Shown here one piece after another: positions 27,249 through 37,012 of a stretch of DNA of 49,598 bases; the first letter of the stretch is position 1; each line of letters starts with the position of its first letter. This DNA comes from a candidate division WWE3 bacterium (GTDB lineage: Bacteria; Patescibacteriota; WWE3; JAUXAW01), in the NCBI GenBank assembly GCA_030619715.1, contig JAUXAW010000004.1:1-49598 (forward strand), written 5' to 3'. A program made the position numbers and the translations under genes. The notes under the pieces were generated by a model. It had not been told where the DNA came from. It was given only the letters and a program-made list of their open reading frames with translations, and did no database searches.

Positions 27249-28043
27249 CTAGTTTTGAGGGAGGGATCTTTGGGTAGTGGGGGAGAGGTTTTTGGCCACC
27301 AGATAGCCAACACCAAAAGGACCTTCGTACGATAGAAATTGGAGGTTGGAAGTTGGGGGTTGGATAGCTCCAAGTAGGATTACGATTGAGCGCAGGCCAC
27401 ATTCGCCCGCTTCCTCTATCAGTTGGGGGTCAAGATTGATAACGCCCTGAGCATCGTTTTTCTTTAGTAGCTCGACTAAAGTTTGATCAAATTCACGACT
27501 AAGTATCAGTCGGTGGGAGAGGTCGCCGGAGGCAATAATTGCGATGCGGTTGAGCTTATTTTCACAAACCCTGGCAATCATTGCCCCGAACTGATAATGA
27601 TCCTTTAAAGAAAGATCGGTGAAGCCTATGGGGATAAGAGTAGGGGGGTAGGAGAGATTTTTGAGCAGAAAGTAGAGGGGAACGGTGATGCCGTGATCCA
27701 GCTCCGGGGAGGACAAAAGTTTGGTGGAAAGATTATTACCCGCAGCTGCGTGAGCGACTGCGTGGGCCAGTCTACGGTTACCCCTTAATTCAAGTTTGAC
27801 CTCTGGTGCGCCAAACATTGAGAGGTCGCCTAGGAAGGTTTCGGCAAACCTGACGTTGAAGCGATCGGTAAGAATTGGTCCGTGGGGGGAGATGATAATG
27901 ATCGTGTCGACCTTTGCTGCGGCGAAATCGTGCGCCAGCTTTTCCATCGCCGCAATCGTTTTTCTGACTTTGTTGATACTTTCGCCCCCGACCTCAGGTA
28001 CAATCACCGGAGGATGGGGGCAAATGGCAGCAAAAACAATCAT
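27249..28043 (-). CDS. amrB: AmmeMemoRadiSam system protein B (Memo/LigB-like)
   Basis: CPHPP, ISPHG, DHGITVP, ASGDLSH, ECGLRS, YEGPFGVGY. Confidence 0.85.
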   Translation of the reverse strand: MIVFAAICPHPPVIVPEVGGESINKVRKTIAAMEKLAHDFAAAKVDTIIIISPHGPILTDRFNVRFAETFLGDLSMFGAPEVKLELRGNRRLAHAVAHAAAGNNLSTKLLSSPELDHGITVPLYFLLKNLSYPPTLIPIGFTDLSLKDHYQFGAMIARVCENKLNRIAIIASGDLSHRLILSREFDQTLVELLKKNDAQGVINLDPQLIEEAGECGLRSIVILLGAIQPPTSNLQFLSYEGPFGVGYLVAKNLSPTTQRSLPQN

Positions 28044-28044
28044 A

Positions 28045-28080
28045 ATGTTTAATTCACGATCGTGAATAAAAACTCACCCT
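28045..28080. repeat. CACGATCGTG palindrome, copy 6, with conserved flanks
   Basis: ATGTTTAATTCACGATCGTGAATAAAAACTCACCCT, nearly identical to 14485-14521. Confidence 0.92.
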
Positions 28081-28970
28081 CAACAGACATAAACAAATTC
28101 AAGCCCGGCATCTTTGCCGATCTGATAGGCCTTCTTCAGGGTCTCCGTCGGCGTCGGGGGTAAATCTCTCAACCCATTGTAATTCGGCGAAAAACGGCTG
28201 AGGTGCCAGGGGGTTTTTAGTCCCAGATTTTCCTTGATCCAACGGGCCAAACGCTCAAACATCTGCGGATTATCATTATACGTTGGAATCACATTGGTCA
28301 CACACTCGATGTGCATCCCCAAATCTTTGGCCAGAACCGTCACCTCCCGAACACCCTTGCCGGATTTGACTCCACAAATTTTTTGGTAAAACCCGTCATC
28401 CATGCTCTTGATATCCGCCCGAAAGGCGTCGAGATAACCTTTTAAAAGTTTTAGCGCCTCGGGCGTGATAAAACCGTTGGTGACATAAACGGTGTAAAGC
28501 CCCTCTTTTTTGGCCAATTTGAAGCAATCCAGGGTGTACTCCAACCAGATCGTCGGTTCATTGTAGGTAAAAGCGAGGCCGGGAAAGCCCGATTTTTTTA
28601 CTTTATCAATAAGTTCTTGAGGGCTTATTTCCGGTCGCGACTTAAATTCGGCCAAGTTTTCATCCTTGAGCTCCGGCGCACCCCAGGTTGACCAGAAGTT
28701 GCAGCAGTGGGGGCAGCGAAAATTACAGCCAAAACCTCCGATTGAGAAGCAAGCGGTTCCGGGATAAAAGTGATAAAGTGGCTTCTTTTCAATCGAATCC
28801 ACCTGCAAGGTGGCGGGTTTGCCGTAGGTCAGAAGATAAAGCTTGCCAGCAGAGTTCAAACGATTCTGACAAACACCCCGCTTTCCCTTGGCAATCACAC
28901 ACCGTCTCTGACAAACACCACACTTCACCCTTTTGTTATCCAGTTTTTCATAAAGCGCCGCCTCATGCAT
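28080..28970 (-). CDS. amrS: AmmeMemoRadiSam system radical SAM enzyme
   Basis: IEKKPLYHFYPG, GCNFRCPHCCN, FTYNEPTI, VTNG. Confidence 0.92.
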   Translation of the reverse strand: MHEAALYEKLDNKRVKCGVCQRRCVIAKGKRGVCQNRLNSAGKLYLLTYGKPATLQVDSIEKKPLYHFYPGTACFSIGGFGCNFRCPHCCNFWSTWGAPELKDENLAEFKSRPEISPQELIDKVKKSGFPGLAFTYNEPTIWLEYTLDCFKLAKKEGLYTVYVTNGFITPEALKLLKGYLDAFRADIKSMDDGFYQKICGVKSGKGVREVTVLAKDLGMHIECVTNVIPTYNDNPQMFERLARWIKENLGLKTPWHLSRFSPNYNGLRDLPPTPTETLKKAYQIGKDAGLEFVYVC

Positions 28971-29123
28971 ACTTTAATTCTAGCATAAAAAACCCTCGGT
29001 TGGCTTGGTTCAACATCAAACATCAGTCGAACATCGCCTTCCGAGAGATCTTCAGCAATTAACAATTCTTTTTCCTACTGCCTCTTGCTTCAAGCTACCT
29101 TAGAATGTTAAAGTTAAGTTGTA

Positions 29124-30185
29124 ATGTTGAATCGTCTTCTGGGACTTTTTTCACATGATATTGGGATTGACCTCGGTACGGCCAACACGGTGGTGCTGGT
29201 GCGGGGCAAGGGGATTGTCATCCGCGAGCCCTCGGTGGTGGCAATTCACAAAAAGACCAAGGACATCCTCGCCATTGGGACCGAAGCCAAAAGAATGGTT
29301 GGCAAAACCCCGGCCAATATCTTAGCCATCCGCCCTCTGCGCGGGGGTGTTATCTCTGACTTTGAAATCACTGAGCAAATGCTCCGTTTTTTTATCAACA
29401 AGGTTCACCAGACCCCTTCGCGCATCCCCAAAATCCCGCGTCCCCGCGTTGTGATTGGCATTCCCTCGGGGGTGACCGAAGTTGAGCGCCGGGCTGTTTC
29501 CGACGCCGCTCTGAGTGCCGGCGCCCGCGAAGTCCACCTGCTCGAGGAGCCGATGGCGGCGGCGATTGGCGCCGGCCTGCCGATTGAAGAGCCGCAAGGC
29601 TTTATGATTGTTGACATCGGTGGCGGCACGACCGAGATTGCCGTTATCTCTTTGGGTGGTATTGTGGTCGGAAAGTCGATTCGGGTCGCCGGCGATGCGA
29701 TGGACCGCAATATCATTGATTATGCAAAAAAACACTTTAACCTTCTCTTGGGCGAGCGCACGGCCGAGCGGATCAAAATCGAAATTGGATCGGCTTTTCC
29801 GCCAGAGGCGGATTCATCGTCGGAAGAGGATACCCCACGGGAAGCTCTTTTGTGCGGTCGTGATCTAGCCGCCGGTCTGCCTCGGGAGATACCTGTTTCC
29901 GCCGTCGAAATTAGAGAAGCCATCACACCAGCGGTTTCCCAAATCGTTAGGACGATCAAAGACGCGGTTGAGGAAACACCGCCGGAGCTTCTGGCGGACA
30001 TTATGAAGAGTGGGATTATTTTGGCCGGAGGGGCATCACAGCTTAGGGGAATTGATCGGTTGATTGCCCAGGAAACGGAAATCCCCACCACCGTCGCCGA
30101 CGACCCAATGACCTGTGTGGTTCGCGGGGCGGGTAAGGTGCTGGAGGAGCTTGATTTGCTGAAGAGGGTGGAGGTCGGAATGTAG
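29124..30185 (+). CDS. mreB: MreB paralogue 2
   Basis: GIDLGTANT, EEPMAAAIG, VDIGGGTTE; first gene of mreBCD. Confidence 0.95.
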   Translation: MLNRLLGLFSHDIGIDLGTANTVVLVRGKGIVIREPSVVAIHKKTKDILAIGTEAKRMVGKTPANILAIRPLRGGVISDFEITEQMLRFFINKVHQTPSRIPKIPRPRVVIGIPSGVTEVERRAVSDAALSAGAREVHLLEEPMAAAIGAGLPIEEPQGFMIVDIGGGTTEIAVISLGGIVVGKSIRVAGDAMDRNIIDYAKKHFNLLLGERTAERIKIEIGSAFPPEADSSSEEDTPREALLCGRDLAAGLPREIPVSAVEIREAITPAVSQIVRTIKDAVEETPPELLADIMKSGIILAGGASQLRGIDRLIAQETEIPTTVADDPMTCVVRGAGKVLEELDLLKRVEVGM

Positions 30186-30968
30186 ATGGTGATGTTTTTG
30201 CGGCTTGTTTTTTTGAGCCTAATCCTGATTGTCGTTGGTCAGACACCACTAATTAATCCTGTTCGTGAGGTCTCGGCCAAGATAACCAACCCGCTCCAGT
30301 ACGGCGTCTACAAGTTTTCGCAAAACCTGAGGGAAGAACTTGACTTTATCTCGAACCTCCGCCGTCTGCGGGCGGAAAACCTAAACTTAAGCGGGGAGGT
30401 TTTGGAATTGGAGTCCCAGCTTTCGGTCCACAAAGAGCTGAAGCAGGAAAATAGGTTATTGAGGGAACAGCTGGGCGTTGGTGAAGACTCTACCTCTCAA
30501 GAGCTTATCTTGGCCCAGATAATCGGCCGAACGGCCCGCGGGGGTGAGGCGGTGGTAATAATTAATCGGGGCTCAGGTGCGGGCGTGCGCGAGGGGGCGG
30601 CGGTTGTTTTTAAGAATTTTCTTCTGGGAGAAGTTTTTCTTGCCGAGCTTGAGCGGGCCAAGGTTCGGCTTTTGACCGACCCACACTTTTCGGCGGCGGC
30701 CTTGGATCAGGATTCCCCCGACCGCGCCCGTGGCTTGGTCAGTGGTCAATACGGAACAACAATTGTCTTGCAGAAAGTCCTGCCGACGGAATCTTTGGTG
30801 GTCGGGGATACAATTATCACCTCGGGAGAAGACGGAAAATTTAACAAGGGCTTAATTTTGGGTACCGTCAAAAGAATTTTGGGCCAGGAGGCGGAGGTTT
30901 TCAAAGGAGCAGAGTTGGATTTACCAGTGGATATTGGCGATTTGGAAGAGGTTTTTGTCATCAGATGA
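30186..30968 (+). CDS. mreC: Rod shape protein MreC
   Basis: TM, coiled coil, GDTIITSG; synteny. Confidence 0.92.
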   Translation: MVMFLRLVFLSLILIVVGQTPLINPVREVSAKITNPLQYGVYKFSQNLREELDFISNLRRLRAENLNLSGEVLELESQLSVHKELKQENRLLREQLGVGEDSTSQELILAQIIGRTARGGEAVVIINRGSGAGVREGAAVVFKNFLLGEVFLAELERAKVRLLTDPHFSAAALDQDSPDRARGLVSGQYGTTIVLQKVLPTESLVVGDTIITSGEDGKFNKGLILGTVKRILGQEAEVFKGAELDLPVDIGDLEEVFVIR

Positions 30969-31438
30969 AAAATTTGTTGTTGATTCTGCTTCTTGCCATT
31001 ATTGTCCTCTTGGAAACTTCGGTTCTTCCGTTTTTTCCCATTTTTGGCAATCAACCTAGTCTCTTGCTGATAAGCCTCTTGGCACTGCAATTTCTTGGGT
31101 TGGCCCGAGAGTCCTACTACGGTGCATTTTTCGGTGGCATTCTGTTTGATCTTCTGAGCAGCACAATCTTTGGTCTTAGCAGTTTGATCCTACTTTTGCT
31201 AAGCGGAGCGGTTGGTTTGGCGCGGAGGTTTGCCGGAAACTCTCCTCTGATTTTGCTTTTGATAACTTTTACCGCCTCCATCTCTTTTAGAGTTGCTCAA
31301 GTATTTCCAACCCTCAATGTGGTAAGTTTTTTTAGAGGGGGGCTTTTGGATACGGGGCTGATGATTATCCTTTACCCGACGCTGCGTTATCTTTTAAAAA
31401 GCGTTTTTGGGAGGAGGGAGCTGAAGGTGGGAGCTTGA
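30965..31438 (+). CDS. mreD: Rod shape protein MreD
   Basis: Hydrophobic, GILFDLLS; synteny. Confidence 0.85.
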   Translation: MKNLLLILLLAIIVLLETSVLPFFPIFGNQPSLLLISLLALQFLGLARESYYGAFFGGILFDLLSSTIFGLSSLILLLLSGAVGLARRFAGNSPLILLLITFTASISFRVAQVFPTLNVVSFFRGGLLDTGLMIILYPTLRYLLKSVFGRRELKVGA

Positions 31439-31453
31439 AAATTGAAAATTATT

Positions 31454-33424
31454 ATGAACCTTGGTGACACTTTCTTTGACAACCTCATCGTCTCTCGCGG
31501 TAGGCGCCGCTCGTCTTCAACACCCGAGTCCGCCTTTTCCTGGCAGGATGCCCTTTTGCCTCCGCCAAAGGCGGATTTTGTTGCTGAAAAGTCTCGTCAT
31601 TCTTCCGAGGTGAACAAATCCGCCTTTGGCGGATGGCGGCTGCTTCCGTTTTGGCTCTTGTTTTTGATAGCCACTACCATCCTCGTCGGCAAGCTCTATA
31701 ATCTGCAGGTCGTTCACGGCCGCAAAAATCTTACTTTGAGTGAGGTGAATCGGGTTTTGTCTCAGACGATAAAACCCGAGCGCGGAGCGATTTTTGACCG
31801 CCACGGTGAGATTTTGGCACGCAACCAGCCGGGGTTTAGCGTCGTTCTGAATCTAGAGGACCCGTCGGTGGTCGTAAATCGCGGGTCGACAATCGCAAAC
31901 TTGGCAAAGACCCTTTCAATAACAGAAGATGAAATTTTGGAACGGGTTAAGAAAGCTCAGGAAGAGGGAAAGACTTCGGTAACAATCAAGAGCGGGGTGG
32001 ATCGAGACACAATCCTAAAAATCGAAGCGAACTCAGATCTTTTCCCCGGCGTTTCCACCGAAGTTGAGCCGATACGCGATTACGTTGATGGGGAGGTGTT
32101 TTCCCATATCCTTGGTTTCGTTGGCGGAGCTTCAAAGGAGGATTTGGTTAGGCTTTCTGATCTAGGTGTTTATGGCGGTGATAAGGTCGGCAAATCTAAT
32201 CTGGAGCTTTTAAACGAGCAATTCTTGCGTGGAGAGCCGGGCGAGCGGCTGATTGAGGTTGACGCCTTTGGTCATCAGTTTCGTACACTTTCCGAAAAAA
32301 TAGCCGTTTCCGGAGATAGTTTGGTTCTGACCATTGATGCTTCTTTGCAAAAGGCGGTTTTCGACGCCCTCTCCGAGGGTATTAAGAAATCCGGCGCCCT
32401 AGGTGGGACGGCGGTGGTCCAGGAGGTTCAAACCGGGGAAATTCTCTCGCTTTTGAGTCTTCCATCGTTTGAGCCGAATCTTTTTTCCAAGGGAATCAGC
32501 GAGGCGGATTACCGGGGGCTTCTTTCCAATCCCCAAAAGCCGCTTTTTAATCGGGCTATCTCCGGTGCGTTTCCTCCAGGCTCGACTTTCAAACTGGTAA
32601 CCGCCGCCGCTGCTTTGGAAGAAGGTGTTATCAGTCCTAGTAAGACGATTGATGATAAAGGGAGTATTTCCGTTGGCAGCTTTGTTTTTAGGGGGTGGGC
32701 TCCTGAGGGTTTGGGACCTGTCAATCTAATCAGTGCGATTGCTAAATCATCTGATATTTATTTTTACACGGTAGGCGGTGGCTATGGGAGTCAGCCGGGG
32801 GTGGGGGTCGAAAAATTAGCGGAGTGGGCACGGCGTTTTGGTTTGGGTGCCAAAACCTCGGTTGATTTAACAAGCGAAACCTCTGGTTTGGTCCCGGATA
32901 AGGAGTGGAAACTACAGAACCGCGGAGAGACCTGGTACATCGGCAATACCTATCATATGAGTATCGGTCAGGGGGATATTTTGGCCACGCCTTTGCAGCT
33001 TAATAACTTGGTTGCGGCTATTGCCAACGGGGGAACACTTTTTAGGCCCTCTTTGCTCAAAGAAGTTCGTGATAATCAAGGTTCGGTTTTAAAGACTACA
33101 GCACCTGAAATTTTGCGTGCAAACATCGCTTCGCCGGAGACTTTAAGTTTAATTCGGCAGGGGATGAGGGGGGCGGCCTCGCCGGGAGGGACCGCCTACC
33201 CGGTTTACGACTTTAAAGTTGCGGTGGCGGGGAAAACGGGAACTTCCGAGGTTGGTAAGGGTGATCGGACCCACGCCTGGTTTACCTGCTTTGCGCCTTA
33301 CCCTTCGCCGGGCTCAGGGCAAGCTCCAGAAATTGCGGTGACGGTGTTTTTGGAGGAAGGAGGAGAGGGGAGCCACGATGCTGCTCCGGTGGTGAGGAAG
33401 ATTTTGGAGGCGTATTTTGAATAG
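31454..33424 (+). CDS. mrdA: Penicillin-binding protein 2
   Basis: RGAIFDR, PGSTFK, SSD, GKTGT. Confidence 0.93.
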   Translation: MNLGDTFFDNLIVSRGRRRSSSTPESAFSWQDALLPPPKADFVAEKSRHSSEVNKSAFGGWRLLPFWLLFLIATTILVGKLYNLQVVHGRKNLTLSEVNRVLSQTIKPERGAIFDRHGEILARNQPGFSVVLNLEDPSVVVNRGSTIANLAKTLSITEDEILERVKKAQEEGKTSVTIKSGVDRDTILKIEANSDLFPGVSTEVEPIRDYVDGEVFSHILGFVGGASKEDLVRLSDLGVYGGDKVGKSNLELLNEQFLRGEPGERLIEVDAFGHQFRTLSEKIAVSGDSLVLTIDASLQKAVFDALSEGIKKSGALGGTAVVQEVQTGEILSLLSLPSFEPNLFSKGISEADYRGLLSNPQKPLFNRAISGAFPPGSTFKLVTAAAALEEGVISPSKTIDDKGSISVGSFVFRGWAPEGLGPVNLISAIAKSSDIYFYTVGGGYGSQPGVGVEKLAEWARRFGLGAKTSVDLTSETSGLVPDKEWKLQNRGETWYIGNTYHMSIGQGDILATPLQLNNLVAAIANGGTLFRPSLLKEVRDNQGSVLKTTAPEILRANIASPETLSLIRQGMRGAASPGGTAYPVYDFKVAVAGKTGTSEVGKGDRTHAWFTCFAPYPSPGSGQAPEIAVTVFLEEGGEGSHDAAPVVRKILEAYFE

Positions 33425-34508
33425 AGAACTTCAGTATTGGGTCGCTCTCAATAACGTTGACGGCCTTGGTCCGGTGCATTTTCACCAGCTGTTGCAATAT
33501 TTTGACGGCGTAGAGGCAGCTTGGAACGCTACGGTTTCTGATCTTAAGCAACTCAACTTTAGAGAAAAATTAATTGATAATTTTTTGCAAACTCGAAAAA
33601 GCCTTGGTTTAAAAACCAGAATGGACCAGCTTGGCAAACTTGGTGTTAAGTTGATAACGATTAGCAGTCAAAGGTACCCTCCGCTTTTAAAGCGGATTTA
33701 CGATCCACCTTTTGTTTTGTACGTGCGGGGGGAGATTAAAAAAGAGGATGAACTGGCGATTGCTATCGTCGGTAGTCGCAAGATGACCCGCTACGGTCTT
33801 GACGTCACCGAAAACCTGGTTCAAAACCTTGTTGCCCACGGGCTGACGATTGTCTCCGGCCTCGCTTTTGGGGTTGATGTTGCTTCACACCGAGCCGCGC
33901 TGGATGCCGGAGGACGAGTGATTGCCGTTTTGGCTTCGGGGGTGGATATAATCACGCCAACCTCCAACTCTTTTCTGGCCGAGAGGATTCTTGAGGAAAA
34001 GCGTGGGGCGGTTATTTCCGAACATCCTCTGGGGACGACTCCCTTCCGTCATTTTTTCCCGGTGCGGAACCGCATCATCAGTGGCCTTGCTCTGGGAACG
34101 GTAGTGATTGAGGCAACAGAAAAATCGGGGACGGCGCACACCGCCCGAGCGGCTCTGGAGCAGGGGAGGGAAGTCTTTGCCGTTCCCGGCTCAATTTTTA
34201 GCCCTCTAAGCGTCGGTACGCACAATCTGATTAAGCAGGGAGCGAAGTTGGTTAATTCCGTCGAGGATATTCTTGAGGAGCTGCAACTGGAGGCCAGAAG
34301 CTTGAAGCTGGAGGCTCGAGAAGTGGTTCCGGAAACGAAGGAAGAAGAAATAATTCTTGAGATTCTGGGCGACGATGAGCTGCACATTGATGAAATCATC
34401 CAAAAATCAGATCTTTCAACCTCCACTGTTACCGCCACCTTGACAATGATGGAGATGAAAGGCAAGGTCAAAAACCTCGGCAACCAAGTCTACCGCATTG
34501 CCAGATAA
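33417..34508 (+). CDS. dprA: DNA processing protein DprA
   Basis: AIVGSR, VSGLAFGVD, FPVRNRIISG, GREVFAVPG. Confidence 0.95.
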   Translation: MNRELQYWVALNNVDGLGPVHFHQLLQYFDGVEAAWNATVSDLKQLNFREKLIDNFLQTRKSLGLKTRMDQLGKLGVKLITISSQRYPPLLKRIYDPPFVLYVRGEIKKEDELAIAIVGSRKMTRYGLDVTENLVQNLVAHGLTIVSGLAFGVDVASHRAALDAGGRVIAVLASGVDIITPTSNSFLAERILEEKRGAVISEHPLGTTPFRHFFPVRNRIISGLALGTVVIEATEKSGTAHTARAALEQGREVFAVPGSIFSPLSVGTHNLIKQGAKLVNSVEDILEELQLEARSLKLEAREVVPETKEEEIILEILGDDELHIDEIIQKSDLSTSTVTATLTMMEMKGKVKNLGNQVYRIAR

Positions 34509-34519
34509 CCTAGCGTATA

Positions 34520-34543
34520 TTTAATTCACGATCGTGAATTAAA
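34520..34543. repeat. 24-bp perfect palindrome, copy 7
   Basis: Between dprA and topA. Confidence 0.95.
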
Positions 34544-34642
34544 CTTAGTCCTTAGTCAGAAGAGTCTATCGGTTCGAACCGTTGAACTTTTCCGATTGCA
34601 TTTGTTTGTCAATAGACAAGATTGTGTGTTATTCTCAGAGGC

Positions 34643-36772
34643 ATGAAGAATTTGGTCGTGGTGGAGTCGCCGGCGAAGACGAGAACGCTCAAGAAATATT
34701 TGGGTGAGGACTTTGAGATCAAGGCCTCGCTCGGTCACATTAAAGACTTGCCCAAGTCAGAGTTGGGTGTTGACGTCGAAAAAGATTTTGCGCCGCAATA
34801 CGAGGTCGCTCCGAAAAAGAAAAAGGTGGTTAGTGAGCTGAAAGCGGCGGCGAAGAAGGCGGATCAGGTTTTTTTGGCTACCGACCCTGACAGAGAGGGG
34901 GAAGCGATTGCCCAACATGTTTATGAGGTCATAAGCGCAAAGCGCAAAGATCAAAAATCAAAAAGAGTGGTTTTTCATGAGATAACGGAGGACGCTGTTA
35001 AAGCGGCTTTTGCGAATCCGCGTGGAATCGATGCTAACCTTGTTGACGCTCAAAAGGCGCGGAGGGTTTTGGATCGGTTGGTAGGTTACAAGCTTTCGCC
35101 CCTGCTTTGGAAAAAGATTCGCTATGGTCTTTCCGCCGGGCGGGTGCAGTCGGTCGCCGTCAGATTGATCGTTGATCGGGAAAGAGAAAGGGATGCCTTT
35201 AAACCGGACGAGTATTGGAAAGTCGAGGCCGAACTAAAGTCCCAAAGGTCCCCAAACACCCAAACCTTTCCGGCTCTACTAACCAAAAAAGACGATAAAA
35301 AGCTTGAAATCAAGAACAAAAAACAGACCGACTCGATTCTTAAAGATCTGAAAAAAGCCAACTACATTGTCAAAGAAATAAAAACCGAGGAGAAGAAAAG
35401 ATACCCCGCACCTCCGTTTACGACTTCGACCCTACAGCAAACTGCCTTTAACACGTGCGGGTTCTCATCGAAAAGAACAATGCGTATCGCTCAAGCACTC
35501 TACGAGCGGGGACTGATAACCTATCATCGCACCGATTCAACCAGGTTGGCCTCCTCGGCCGTTTCGCAGATTAGAAAATTGATTGCTAAAGAGTTCGGTA
35601 CCAAGTACCTACCCGCAGGTGCGAAAGTGTATAAGACGAAGGCGAAGGTTGCTCAGGAAGCGCATGAAGCGATTCGGGTAACTGATGTTGGTCGCAAACA
35701 GGCTGGGGAGAGGGACGGGATTAAGCTGTACGATCTGATCTGGCGTCGGACGGTGGCCTGTCAGATGAACCCTGCTGTTTTTGACCAGCAGACGGTTGAT
35801 GTGGCTGCTAAAAATTATCTCTTTCGCGCGATTGGGTCGGTGTTGAAGTTTGACGGTTTCCTTAAAGTTTACTCTGGTAAGGTAGGCGAAAAGGACATTA
35901 GGCTTCCGCAACTTACCGAAGGTGAGGAGCTTACTCTGGTCAAACTGACGCCGTCTCAACATTTCACCCAACCCCCAAACCGCTACACCGAGGCGACCCT
36001 GATCAAAGAACTGGAGAAAAACGGCATCGGGCGGCCATCGACCTATGCGCCAACGATTTCGACTATTCAGAGCCGTGGTTATGTTAGCAAGGAGGGGCGA
36101 GCGCTAAAACCGGAGGATGTGGGCTTGGTCGTCAACGATTTGCTGGTTGAGCATTTTCCCGAGATTGTGGACCTCAAATTCACCGCAAGGATGGAGGAGG
36201 ACCTTGACGAGATTGCCGATGGGAAGAGGGAGTGGGTTCCGGTTATCAGGGAGTTTTACGAGCCGTTCGAGAAAAAGTTGGAGACGAAAACTAAGGAATT
36301 GAAGAAGAAGGATTTTACGACGTTGGAGAAAACATCAGAAAAATGTCCGGAATGTAAAAAACCGTTGGTCGTCAAGCTGGGAAAGTACGGAAAATTTTTG
36401 TCCTGTTCTGGATTCCCTAAGTGCAAATATGGCCGTCCGTATGAAGATAAGGACGAGGACGGCAAACCAGATAAGGCAGATAAGAGCCAGCTTAAAGGCG
36501 AGTGCCCCGAGTGTGGGGGAGAACTGGTCTTAAAAGAGGGTAAGTTCGGCAAGTTTATCTCCTGCAGCAAGTATCCGGAGTGCAAATTTACCAAGCAGTA
36601 TTTAGACAAAATCGGGATGAAATGTCCGGAATGTAAGCAGGGGGAGGTTATCATTAAACGTTCCCGCAAAGGCAAAACCTTCTACGGCTGCTCCCGCTAC
36701 CCCAAATGCAAATGGGCCAGTTGGAAGGATCCTCGGAGGAAGCCGTCTAAAGAACGAAATCCTAAATCCTAA
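34643..36772 (+). CDS. topA: DNA topoisomerase I
   Basis: VVESPAK, DPDREGE, SAGRVQS, ITYHRTDS, three Zn ribbons. Confidence 0.97.
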   Translation: MKNLVVVESPAKTRTLKKYLGEDFEIKASLGHIKDLPKSELGVDVEKDFAPQYEVAPKKKKVVSELKAAAKKADQVFLATDPDREGEAIAQHVYEVISAKRKDQKSKRVVFHEITEDAVKAAFANPRGIDANLVDAQKARRVLDRLVGYKLSPLLWKKIRYGLSAGRVQSVAVRLIVDRERERDAFKPDEYWKVEAELKSQRSPNTQTFPALLTKKDDKKLEIKNKKQTDSILKDLKKANYIVKEIKTEEKKRYPAPPFTTSTLQQTAFNTCGFSSKRTMRIAQALYERGLITYHRTDSTRLASSAVSQIRKLIAKEFGTKYLPAGAKVYKTKAKVAQEAHEAIRVTDVGRKQAGERDGIKLYDLIWRRTVACQMNPAVFDQQTVDVAAKNYLFRAIGSVLKFDGFLKVYSGKVGEKDIRLPQLTEGEELTLVKLTPSQHFTQPPNRYTEATLIKELEKNGIGRPSTYAPTISTIQSRGYVSKEGRALKPEDVGLVVNDLLVEHFPEIVDLKFTARMEEDLDEIADGKREWVPVIREFYEPFEKKLETKTKELKKKDFTTLEKTSEKCPECKKPLVVKLGKYGKFLSCSGFPKCKYGRPYEDKDEDGKPDKADKSQLKGECPECGGELVLKEGKFGKFISCSKYPECKFTKQYLDKIGMKCPECKQGEVIIKRSRKGKTFYGCSRYPKCKWASWKDPRRKPSKERNPKS

Positions 36773-36820
36773 ATCCGAAGCTCCAAACAAATTCTAAATT
36801 CGAAATTCTAAAAACCAAAA
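36757..36820 (+). repeat. Heptamer array (AAATCCT-like)
   Basis: Overlaps and supplies the topA stop codon. Confidence 0.8.
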
Positions 36821-36865
36821 CTTAGACATCCCGCAACCACAGCCTTTACAGTTGTGAATTAAACG

Positions 36866-36880
36866 CACGATCGTGAATTT
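36866..36880. repeat. CACGATCGTG palindrome, copy 8
   Basis: CACGATCGTGAATTT, preceded by a degenerate copy at 36845-36863. Confidence 0.88.
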
Positions 36881-37012
36881 AAATAGTTCATCGATCAGAA
36901 CCGTTGAACTTTTCCAAAAACTTTTCCAAACAAAAAGGAGGAGGCGTGCACGAATCTGACACGGAATTCTATGCAGCACCCCCTCTTCTGCTGCTAGGGT
37001 CGATAGCCTTTG

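Noticed and set aside
12359-30185. Two mreB copies as a novelty
   Set aside because: MreB/Mbl paralogues are common.
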